Assembly (NCBI GenBank): GCA_043827405.1
Contig: JBDRPD010000066.1
Coordinates: 32,001-96,000, forward strand
DNA from: Elusimicrobiota bacterium
GTDB lineage: Bacteria > Elusimicrobiota > Elusimicrobia > UBA1565
DNA: 64,000 nt
Direction of reading: 5' to 3'
The notes under the pieces are model-generated. The model was not told where the DNA came from. It searched no databases and saw only the letters and a list, made by a program, of their open reading frames with translations. Positions 37,710-45,757 of the stretch are shown piece by piece (within the stretch, counting starts at the first letter, position 1; each line of letters starts with the position of its first letter). Both the position numbers and the translations under genes were made by a program.

Positions 37710-39794
37710 CTAACGGTGCGGCACCATCTGCTTGCGCCGGCGCAGCTCTCTGCGGTACGCGCCGAGGGCGGTCAGCGGAAAGGTGTCGCGATACATGGTG
37801 TATTCGAGGTAGTAGACTTTCGGGAAGCCGGTCCCGGTATATTCGGTTTCGTCCCATGTCCCGTCTTCTCGCTGCGTGGTCAGTAGATGCTCCACCCCGC
37901 GTTTTACCGCGGGATGCTCGAAAAGACCGGCCGCGATCAGGCCCATAACGGCCCAAGCGGTTTGTGAAGGGGTGGCCGGCCCTTTTCCCTTCAGCGACGG
38001 ATTATCGTAGGTCTCGCAGGTCTCGCCCCAGCCGCCATTCGGCAGTTGAACTGAGAGGAGCCAATCCGCGGCCTTTTGGACATAAGAACGGCTCATGTCC
38101 TCGCCCACCGCCTGCAGGCCGCGCAGAACCTGCCACGTGCCGTAGATGTAGTTGACGCACCAACGGCCGAACCAGGAACCGTCCTCTTCCTGCTCTTCCC
38201 GGAGAAAGCGGATGCCCGAGCGTACGCAGGGGTAGCTCTTGTCATAGCCGATAAAGCCGAGAAACTCCAGGATGCGCCCGGTGATGTCGGATGTCGGCGG
38301 ATCGATCATCGCGTTATGATCCGCGAACGGAATCTTGGTCAGGATGGCCTTGGTATTGTCTTTGTCGAACGCCGCCCAGCCCCCGTCGGACGACTGCATC
38401 GACAGCAGCCAATGGATGCCGCGCAGGCATGCCTTTTCACGGGCGGCCGTGATCGTGTCGTCTAGGTCGACGTGGCGCAGGGCCAGCATGACCATCGCGG
38501 TGTCGTCGATGTCGGGGTAGAATTCGTTGTTGAACTCGAAGGCCCATCCGCCGATCGGGCCGGTCGTATTTTTAACCCGCCAGTCTCCGGGGCGGCGGAT
38601 TTCCTGTGACAGCAGCCATTCGGCGGCGCGGACGAGAGCCGGATGGCCGCGCTCGAGGCCGGATTCCGCGAGCGCGATGGCCGCGATCGCGGTATCCCAT
38701 ACCGGCGAATGGCAAGGCTCCATTTCAAGCATGTCGCCGCGGTCGATCTCCAGGTCCTCCAGCAGTCGGATTTGCTCGCGCAGGCGGGGGTCGTTGTCGG
38801 AGTAGCCCAGGCACTTCATGGCCAGGATCGTGTTGACAATGCCGGGGAAGATCGCGCCCAGGCCGTCGGAGTGCTTGAGGTGCTCCAGAATCCAGTCCTC
38901 GGCTTTTCGCATGGCCCAGGTTCTGATCCAGTGGGGGCACGCTCCTTCCACTCCCTTGAGCATCTCATCCCACAGCAGGAAGAAATTAGTCCAGGATACG
39001 AGGTCGTGCGGCGGCATGACATCCGCGAGCGGCACATATCGTCGCGAATCCGGAAAGAGCTCATCGAGCCGCGCGTGGTCGGGGCAGATGATTTTCGGCC
39101 GTTCCGACCAAATGATCGCCAACGGCACGACGATCGCCCGGGTCCATGAGGACATCTCATAGATGTTGAAATAGAACCAGTTCGGAAAAACCATAATCTC
39201 CGGCGGGATGGAGGGGACTCCGCGCCAGTCGTACTGGCCGTACATGGCCATATAGAACTTGGAGTAGGTATTTACTTTGTGGATGCCGCCGAGCGCCTCA
39301 ATCCGTTCACGGGCTTTTGCCAGAGACGGTTCTTCGGGGGAGAACCCGGCGAATTTCAGCGCCCAATACGCCTTGACGGTCGCCGAGATTTCCGATGGCC
39401 CGTTCTTGTATATGGGCCAGCCGCCGTCGGTGTTCTGCTGGCTGAGGATGAACTTCGCCAGGCGCGGAATTTTAGGCGAGTCGCCGCGTCCGAGGAAGTA
39501 GAGGAGCATGATGGTGTCGGAGTCGATGGTCGTGTCCGCACGCAGCTCCGCGCACCAGTAGCCGTCCTCAAAGTTCTGTTTGCGGAGGATGGCCTGCTGG
39601 GAGCGGCGCAGGCCTTCGCGCAAAGCTTCCGGCAGTCCCTGCTGGCTGCGCGGTCCCGAAGCCGGCTTCAGCGACTGCGCCCATCCGGAGGGCTTGCGAA
39701 AGCGGGCCCTGCCGAACGGAGTGAGCCACTCATTAACCATGCGCCTTACCATAGAATGCTTTCCTCTGCAGAATAAAGAAGTGAAAACGGACAC
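37710..39794 (-). CDS. shc: Squalene-hopene cyclase
   Basis: YPDIDDTA DxDD motif, multiple QxxDGxW repeats, TGTGFP; true start may be 39752 or 39740. Confidence 0.97.
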   Translation of the reverse strand: MSVFTSLFCRGKHSMVRRMVNEWLTPFGRARFRKPSGWAQSLKPASGPRSQQGLPEALREGLRRSQQAILRKQNFEDGYWCAELRADTTIDSDTIMLLYFLGRGDSPKIPRLAKFILSQQNTDGGWPIYKNGPSEISATVKAYWALKFAGFSPEEPSLAKARERIEALGGIHKVNTYSKFYMAMYGQYDWRGVPSIPPEIMVFPNWFYFNIYEMSSWTRAIVVPLAIIWSERPKIICPDHARLDELFPDSRRYVPLADVMPPHDLVSWTNFFLLWDEMLKGVEGACPHWIRTWAMRKAEDWILEHLKHSDGLGAIFPGIVNTILAMKCLGYSDNDPRLREQIRLLEDLEIDRGDMLEMEPCHSPVWDTAIAAIALAESGLERGHPALVRAAEWLLSQEIRRPGDWRVKNTTGPIGGWAFEFNNEFYPDIDDTAMVMLALRHVDLDDTITAAREKACLRGIHWLLSMQSSDGGWAAFDKDNTKAILTKIPFADHNAMIDPPTSDITGRILEFLGFIGYDKSYPCVRSGIRFLREEQEEDGSWFGRWCVNYIYGTWQVLRGLQAVGEDMSRSYVQKAADWLLSVQLPNGGWGETCETYDNPSLKGKGPATPSQTAWAVMGLIAAGLFEHPAVKRGVEHLLTTQREDGTWDETEYTGTGFPKVYYLEYTMYRDTFPLTALGAYRRELRRRKQMVPHR

Positions 39795-39910
39795 GTATTA
39801 TACTTTATTTCTTCCAGTTCTCCGTCGGGCGTTCCAGGTGCGGCGGCCCGCGTCTTTGATGGGAGACCCAAAGGGCCTAAAAATATCCGGGACTTTCGGG
39901 AAGTTTTCTC

Positions 39911-39939
39911 TTGACATAGCTATGTTATAGCTATACACT
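39911..39939 (+). promoter_or_regulatory. Sigma70 promoter overlapped by two palindromic ATAGCTAT boxes
   Basis: TTGACA (39911)-17 bp-TACACT (39934); ATAGCTAT at 39916 and 39927. Confidence 0.7.
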
Positions 39940-40060
39940 ACGAATGCAGTGAGCGCCGAACGCAGACTCGACAGCAGACGATGGGTCGGTTTGAGCACCC
40001 GGAAGGGGGGGGCGGGTCCGCGGTGTCTTTCTGTATTGACGGACGTGCGACGCGGCGGAA

Positions 40061-40303
40061 TTGCGAAAACCAGTGGCTTCAAATCCCGACGCAAAATCAA
40101 CAATCGGAAGGCGGTCCCGGAAACGGGGTGTCCGTCCGGTTCGCGTTGGGGGGAGGACTAGGCCGAGGAGCCGTCAAACGCCCACATCGATCCTGCTCTC
40201 CGAGGAGCTCATTGAGATGCTCAGGGCCAAAGCGGCCAAGCGCGGGATCGGATATCAGACAATGCTGAAGATTATCGTCTACGAGAATGTGGACGAGTAC
40301 TGA
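40061..40303 (+). CDS. CopG/BrnA-like ribbon-helix-helix protein (antitoxin-like)
   Basis: C-terminal TSILLSEELIEMLRAKAAKRGIGYQTMLKII; start uncertain. Confidence 0.65.
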   Translation: MRKPVASNPDAKSTIGRRSRKRGVRPVRVGGRTRPRSRQTPTSILLSEELIEMLRAKAAKRGIGYQTMLKIIVYENVDEY

Positions 40304-40354
40304 GGGCGGGCGGCTCGGGGAATACTAGATAAAAACCGGAACCACTCGTTCGGC

Positions 40355-40383
40355 CCGGCGGAGTCCCGCGAGGACTCCGCCGG
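40355..40383. terminator. Stem-loop between convergent genes
   Basis: Perfect 12-bp stem CCGGCGGAGTCC/GGACTCCGCCGG; weak U tract. Confidence 0.6.
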
Positions 40384-40408
40384 CACCGTTTATGGGCTAA
40401 AGAATGCT

Positions 40409-40882
40409 TCAGTAGAATCGACGGGCGCCGAGGAAGCGTTTTTTCCAGTAAGGGGCGGTCAAACGATCGGTGCGCACGCCCTTGCCGGAGCTCGGCGCGT
40501 GGACGAACCGGCCGTCTCCCAGGTAGATGCCGACGTGCGATGGGCCGCGCTTATCGGTCGTGAAAAACAAGAGATCTCCCGGCGCGAGGTCTCGGGGAGA
40601 AACCTTGCGTCCCCGCTTGAACTGCTGCCGCGATGTGCGGGGAATCCGTATGCCGTGACGCTGGTGCGTCCAGGAGGTCAGGCCCGAGCAGTCGAAGCCT
40701 TTTTCCGGGGCGCTGCCGCCGAGGCGGTACGCCGCGCCTGTTTGTTCTTCTGCTGTTTTCGCTATGGCTTTACCTAGATCACGGCGCTGGCGCGGAAGGC
40801 CGCTCGTTGCGCAGGCCGAAACCGTCAGCGACAGGAGGACGAGGCAAGCTGGACGGAGGAGCGCCCAGCGCTCAGGCGCCAT
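40409..40882 (-). CDS. NlpC/P60 (peptidase C40) lipoprotein
   Basis: Lipobox VSA|C; GFDCSGL, PGDLLFF, HVGIYLG, FVHA; start 40882 (ORF track 40912). Confidence 0.93.
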   Translation of the reverse strand: MAPERWALLRPACLVLLSLTVSACATSGLPRQRRDLGKAIAKTAEEQTGAAYRLGGSAPEKGFDCSGLTSWTHQRHGIRIPRTSRQQFKRGRKVSPRDLAPGDLLFFTTDKRGPSHVGIYLGDGRFVHAPSSGKGVRTDRLTAPYWKKRFLGARRFY

Positions 40883-42536
40883 GGCCTGGCGAGGAGGCCG
40901 GCGGACCGGCATTCGGCGGCACGGCCAAAGGCTCTATGGCAGCGTAGAAATCCATGGCTTTCGCGAAGCGCAGTTGCGGTTCAGGCTGCAGCGCCTTGTC
41001 GAACACCAGGTCGAGTCCTTGCGGGATGTCCGCGGCAAAGCGGGAGACCGGCCGGTAGCGTTTTTCGCGCTTCTGAGCGAGGAAGTTCGGGCCCTCGAAC
41101 GGCAGTCGGCCGGTAATCATCTCGTACAGAATGATCGCCAAGGAGTAGATGTCGGAAGCGGGGAAAGCCGACCCCAGTTCCTGTTCCGGAGCCATATAGG
41201 CCGGGCTGCCGATCGATTCCGTCCAATTGAGCTTGGCCGCAGTCTTGCGTGCCTCCAGGCCGATGCCGAAATCCATCACTTTCGCGGCCCCCTGCTTGTT
41301 GATGAAGATATTGGACGGCATAAGATCGCCATGCAGAATTTTTTTCGAATGCGCGAAATCGATGAGCCCGCAAACCTGCTTCATCAGGCGCTTGGCGGAG
41401 GCCAGCGCGATGCGGTTCCCGGTGTCCAGGAACTTGCTCAGCGGCGAGCCTTCCGGGTCCTCAATGACCAGGTGAATCCGCTCTTCTTCGAGAAATACGG
41501 AATAAACCTCGGCCAGGTTCGGGTGCTTCATTGATGCGACGAAGCGTGCGCGCGCCAGGAAGCGTTCCATGTCTTTTTCCGTGCGGTGCAGCTCTTCGCG
41601 GATGCGCTTGATAAGGACTTTTTTGCCCGAGGTCCTGTCGTGCGCTTCGTAGACCGGTCCGAGCGCGCCCTTCTCCTTCTCGCGGACGACCTTGTAGCTG
41701 CCGCCGATCATGTCCGGGATCAGCGGCGCCGGCATTGGAGTGGACTGACCGAGCAGCGCGGGCATGGGCGTGCCTCCGGCGACAGTGATCGGTCGGCCCG
41801 GCGGCGTCGCCTGTGCGGGAAACTGCGGCAAGGCGCCTTGGGCCGCCGCGACCGGGACTCCCGTAACCGTTCGCATGCGGCGGGCTTTGCGGGCGCGTGC
41901 CAGAAAAATGATAAATGCCGCGAAGATGCCGGCGCCGAGACCGCCGAGGATATAGAGCTGGCGGCGGCGGCGGACCGCCTGATGCTGATCCACGATCTTT
42001 TGGTAGCTTGTTTGGTCGATATCCAGCGCATTCGTCGCGTCGTGGATGACTCGTTTGACGCGATCGGGATAATCGCCGAGATCGAGTACCGCTTTTAGAT
42101 CCTGGTCGACCTTATTGGGCTCATCTCCCGTCATGAACTGGGCAAGGATCATGACCCCGCGCTTGTACTGGAACTCTTTGCGCAGCGTCTTGAACTCTTC
42201 GAGCAAAGCTTTCAGATCCTCTTGGCTGTCCAGTACGCTGCTGCGGACCTGCTGCCGCTCGGCGGCGATGGTCTCGAGATCCTCGGTGTCCGGATATTTC
42301 TGGGTGAAAGCTTTCAGCGCCGCGATGCGGGGCTTGACGGTCTTCATCTGCGCTTCGATACGGCCTTTAAGATCGCTAATCGCCCGGTCGTCGCTGAGCT
42401 GCTGCTGCTGCTGCTGCGGAGGCGCCGCCGCCGCTCGCCGGCTCCTCTTCTTGGCCGCCGCCGCTGGAGCGAAGAATATCAAGACAAAAATTAACGCCGC
42501 CAAGCCCGCAGGCCCGCCGTACGGGGGAAATTTCAT
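40872..42536 (-). CDS. Membrane Hanks-type Ser/Thr protein kinase with N-terminal extracytoplasmic helical domain
   Basis: Signal peptide, helical region, TM helix, then HPNL, HGDLMPSN, DFG, GSPAYMAPE, SDIYSL. Confidence 0.9.
   Translation of the reverse strand: MKFPPYGGPAGLAALIFVLIFFAPAAAAKKRSRRAAAAPPQQQQQQLSDDRAISDLKGRIEAQMKTVKPRIAALKAFTQKYPDTEDLETIAAERQQVRSSVLDSQEDLKALLEEFKTLRKEFQYKRGVMILAQFMTGDEPNKVDQDLKAVLDLGDYPDRVKRVIHDATNALDIDQTSYQKIVDQHQAVRRRRQLYILGGLGAGIFAAFIIFLARARKARRMRTVTGVPVAAAQGALPQFPAQATPPGRPITVAGGTPMPALLGQSTPMPAPLIPDMIGGSYKVVREKEKGALGPVYEAHDRTSGKKVLIKRIREELHRTEKDMERFLARARFVASMKHPNLAEVYSVFLEEERIHLVIEDPEGSPLSKFLDTGNRIALASAKRLMKQVCGLIDFAHSKKILHGDLMPSNIFINKQGAAKVMDFGIGLEARKTAAKLNWTESIGSPAYMAPEQELGSAFPASDIYSLAIILYEMITGRLPFEGPNFLAQKREKRYRPVSRFAADIPQGLDLVFDKALQPEPQLRFAKAMDFYAAIEPLAVPPNAGPPASSPGHGA
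42399..42416. repeat. (CTG)6 microsatellite encoding poly-Gln in the kinase
   Basis: Six CTG units; QQQQQQ in the protein. Confidence 0.85.
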
Positions 42537-42562
42537 CCTTTGAAGGATACCAGAGATGGAGG

Positions 42563-44413
42563 CTATGCGCCAGAGGAAGTCAGCGGCAGGGTGAAGTGGA
42601 ACACCGAGCCCTTTCCGAGCGTGGAATCGACACCCATCTCGCCGCCGTGGGCCTTTACGATCTCCTGCGCGATTTTGAGACCCAGGCCGAAGCCGGCGTT
42701 GCGCATGACCTGAGCGTTCTTCGCCTGAAAGAAGCGTTGGAATATGCGGGGGAGGTCCTCCTTTGAGATGCCGATACCCGTATCGCGTACGCTGATCTTC
42801 AGCAGCGGGGGCTGCAGTTCCAATGTGATATAGACAGCGCCGCCCTTCGGTGTGTATTGGATGGCGTTGGTACAGAGATTCTGTACGACCTGTCCGATGC
42901 GCAGGGGGTCGCCGCTCATCGGCGGCAGCTCTTTGGGCGTTGCTACGTGCAGCTTGATTTCACGTTTGTCCGCGGCAACTTTGACTCGGGATCCCACTTC
43001 ACTGATGACCTCCAGCAGGTTCATGCGTCCGATGTTAACGCGCAGCTTGCCGGATTCGATTGCCGCGAAATCGACCAGATCCGATACTAGCCCATCCAAG
43101 GTATGTGAAGCCGCGCGGATATGATGGATCGGCTTCGCTAAATCCGGGCTCTTTGCTTTCATCTCTAAAAGATCAGCATAGCCGATGACGGCGTTGAGCG
43201 GGTTTTTTATGTCATGGGCGACCATGGCGAAGAATTTGGATTGAAAGTCCGTGAGCTGCTCCAGCTTCTCATGCGTGGCTTTGAACTCCTGCATAAGGCG
43301 CATGTTCTCGATCCGCAGCCGGCGCCGGTCGAGGGCGCGCGTGATGGAGAACTTGAGCCGTGATGGCTCCAGCGGTTTGAGCAGGCAGTCGTCGAGCCCG
43401 ACTTCAACCATCTGGGTGACTCCGCGCAGCGCGTCTTTTAAGGGATATTGATCCACCGTTAGAATCAGTTTTAGGTCGGAATCCTGCTCGCGCAGTTTCT
43501 GCGCCAGCTCAAACCCGCCGTCCGCTCGGCCGTCGAGCGCGGCGCTGATCACGGCGACGAAGAAGGTGTCTCCCCTTGTGCGCTCCAGCGCGTCGGCGGC
43601 GCTGCCGCAGGCGGAGACATCGTAACCGTCCTCCATCAGGTTCTGCGTAAGCTTGACCAGTTCCTGCTGCGAGCCGTCGACCAGCAGGATGCGCCCGAAA
43701 GACATCGGATCCACCGCGGGGCGCCCCAGCAGCAGGTCGACCGCTATTTCCATAAGCTTGCGGGGCAGAAACGCCGGCCGCTTGGCGCCGATGTCCACTT
43801 CCGCCGCGTGGATCGGGCCGCGGCTGTCCACCAAGCAGATTTGTCCGCTTTTGGGCAGCGCTTTAATCCAGCGGCACCACTCTTCGGCTTGGTAGAGATT
43901 CCCCGACCAACGGATTATGATCGCCGGCGGCGCGGTCCGCATTGCCTCCATCAGCGGTTGAGGATTATCAACAGCTTTCGCCGCGATGCCGACTTCTCGC
44001 AGTCTCTCCTGCACGAGGCCCGTTAGGTACAGGGTCGGATTGACCAGGAAAAAGAGTGTAGAGTCTCCGCTCAGCTGCGCCAGGTCAAGAAACGACGGAT
44101 CGATGGGCCATGGCAGCCGCATCAGCGGCTCCGCGTCTTTGAGCGGGTAGGCGGACTGGGGCGGATCGAGGAGTATCAAGCCGGGCGTGTCAGGCGGACG
44201 ATGCAGGTCAATAAGGTAGCGGCGCTCTTTTTCGCGCAGAGAGATCGAGTCGGCGACGACGCCGGTCAGCGGGCCGTCATCGCTGCGCCAAAAAGCCGAA
44301 GACTCGGCTGCCGAGACTGCGTGCAGAGCCTCGACGCCGCGGTGGGCGCAGGCGCTCTCGTACGATTCGATGAGCGTCTTGTCGGAAGAAATCAAAAGCA
44401 GGCGGCCCTTCAC
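42563..44413 (-). CDS. Histidine kinase with N-terminal receiver-like domains
   Basis: VAHDIKNPL H-box, NLCTNAIQY, DTGIGI, GFGLGL; receiver-like domain ending CLLKP; start probably GTG 44413 (ORF track 44482). Confidence 0.88.
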   Translation of the reverse strand: MKGRLLLISSDKTLIESYESACAHRGVEALHAVSAAESSAFWRSDDGPLTGVVADSISLREKERRYLIDLHRPPDTPGLILLDPPQSAYPLKDAEPLMRLPWPIDPSFLDLAQLSGDSTLFFLVNPTLYLTGLVQERLREVGIAAKAVDNPQPLMEAMRTAPPAIIIRWSGNLYQAEEWCRWIKALPKSGQICLVDSRGPIHAAEVDIGAKRPAFLPRKLMEIAVDLLLGRPAVDPMSFGRILLVDGSQQELVKLTQNLMEDGYDVSACGSAADALERTRGDTFFVAVISAALDGRADGGFELAQKLREQDSDLKLILTVDQYPLKDALRGVTQMVEVGLDDCLLKPLEPSRLKFSITRALDRRRLRIENMRLMQEFKATHEKLEQLTDFQSKFFAMVAHDIKNPLNAVIGYADLLEMKAKSPDLAKPIHHIRAASHTLDGLVSDLVDFAAIESGKLRVNIGRMNLLEVISEVGSRVKVAADKREIKLHVATPKELPPMSGDPLRIGQVVQNLCTNAIQYTPKGGAVYITLELQPPLLKISVRDTGIGISKEDLPRIFQRFFQAKNAQVMRNAGFGLGLKIAQEIVKAHGGEMGVDSTLGKGSVFHFTLPLTSSGA

Positions 44414-44512
44414 GATAAAAATAATAGCCTTTCCCTGAGTAATTCGCCATAGACGACCCATCCCGTCATGCTCGTGTCGCATCTGCGGCGCGCATAATGA
44501 TACGCTAGCGTT

Positions 44513-45757
44513 ATGCTGCGGCTCTTGATTTCCGCGGCGGCGCTGCTGAGTCTGCGCGCCGGCGCACTGGATACTGTATTCGTCTCATCAATTCCTCTTT
44601 CGCCCGCTCCCCTGACCGCGCCGTCCGCTGAGCGTCCTGAATTCTTCGATTTGGACGAAGATTTACAGGTCCCCACTTATCTGGGCGAGCATGAAACGGC
44701 GGGGCCCGGTGAAGACGGCGCGCCGCCGCCGGAGTATCCGACGGTGCGCGGCGTGCATCTCACGTCCTGGGTCGGCGGCTCGACGCAATCGCGGACCCGG
44801 TTCCTGGATAAGTTGAAAGGGACGGTCGTTAATGCGGTCGTCATCCCGCTAAAGGAATCTGACGGCCGGGTGTATGTCCCCGGGATCGAGAAGGCGCATG
44901 AATACGGGAGCGAGCGCATCGCTATTCCGCAGCCGCGCCGTATGCTGGCGGATCTGCGGGATCGCGGCTTGTATACCATCGCCCGCATCGTCGTTTTTAA
45001 GGACAATGTCCTTCCTGTGAAGAAGCCGGAATGGGCGATTCGCGATATGGACGGCGGCTTGTGGCGCAATGATAAGGGTCTCGCCTGGGTGGATCCCTAC
45101 CGGCGCGAAGTGTGGGAATACAACCTGGATATCGCCGTGCATGCAGCGGAGCTCGGTTTTGACGAGATTCAGTTCGACTATATCCGCTTCCCTTCGGACG
45201 GCAAGATCAAGCGCTGCCGCTACTCGCGGAAAGATCACAGCGGAAGCACGTCGGTTGAGGCGATGAATGAATTCCTGCGCTACGCCCGCAAGCGTCTCGA
45301 ATCGCATGGAGTGGAGATGTCGGTCGCCGTCTTCGGCATGACGGCGACCGCCTCGGACGGTCTCGGTATCGGGCAGCGCATCACCGATATGATCCGTCTG
45401 GCCGATCACTTGAGCCCGATGATGTACCCGTCCCACTACCGCAAAGGCGCGTACGGTCTGAAGAGCCCGAATCATGAGCCGTACAAGGTTATTAAGTACG
45501 GCCTGCGCGACGCCAAACGGCAAGTGGGCGAAAACTCTTACAAGCTGCGGCCCTATCTCCAGGATTTTTCGCTAGGTGTACGCTACGGTCCACAGCAGGT
45601 GCTGGACCAAATTCGCGCGGCGCGTGAGCACGGCATTGAAAACTGGATTTTGTGGAATCCCGTCAACCGTTACAACTGGGACGCACTGCGGTTCGATCCG
45701 CCACGCCCCGATGTGAGCCCTCCCGATGAGCGAAGTCCAGCGCCCGGTCGGCCTTAA
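44513..45757 (+). CDS. Putative glycoside hydrolase (DUF4015-like TIM barrel), exported
   Basis: IARIVVFKD, WVDPY, GFDEIQFDYIRFP, SPMMYPSHY, RPYLQDF. Confidence 0.82.
   Translation: MLRLLISAAALLSLRAGALDTVFVSSIPLSPAPLTAPSAERPEFFDLDEDLQVPTYLGEHETAGPGEDGAPPPEYPTVRGVHLTSWVGGSTQSRTRFLDKLKGTVVNAVVIPLKESDGRVYVPGIEKAHEYGSERIAIPQPRRMLADLRDRGLYTIARIVVFKDNVLPVKKPEWAIRDMDGGLWRNDKGLAWVDPYRREVWEYNLDIAVHAAELGFDEIQFDYIRFPSDGKIKRCRYSRKDHSGSTSVEAMNEFLRYARKRLESHGVEMSVAVFGMTATASDGLGIGQRITDMIRLADHLSPMMYPSHYRKGAYGLKSPNHEPYKVIKYGLRDAKRQVGENSYKLRPYLQDFSLGVRYGPQQVLDQIRAAREHGIENWILWNPVNRYNWDALRFDPPRPDVSPPDERSPAPGRP

Noticed and set aside
39949..40161. Intact BrnT toxin upstream of the RHH gene
   Set aside because: Lacks the N-terminal WD..K...N..KHG motif and overlaps the RHH ORF; at most a remnant
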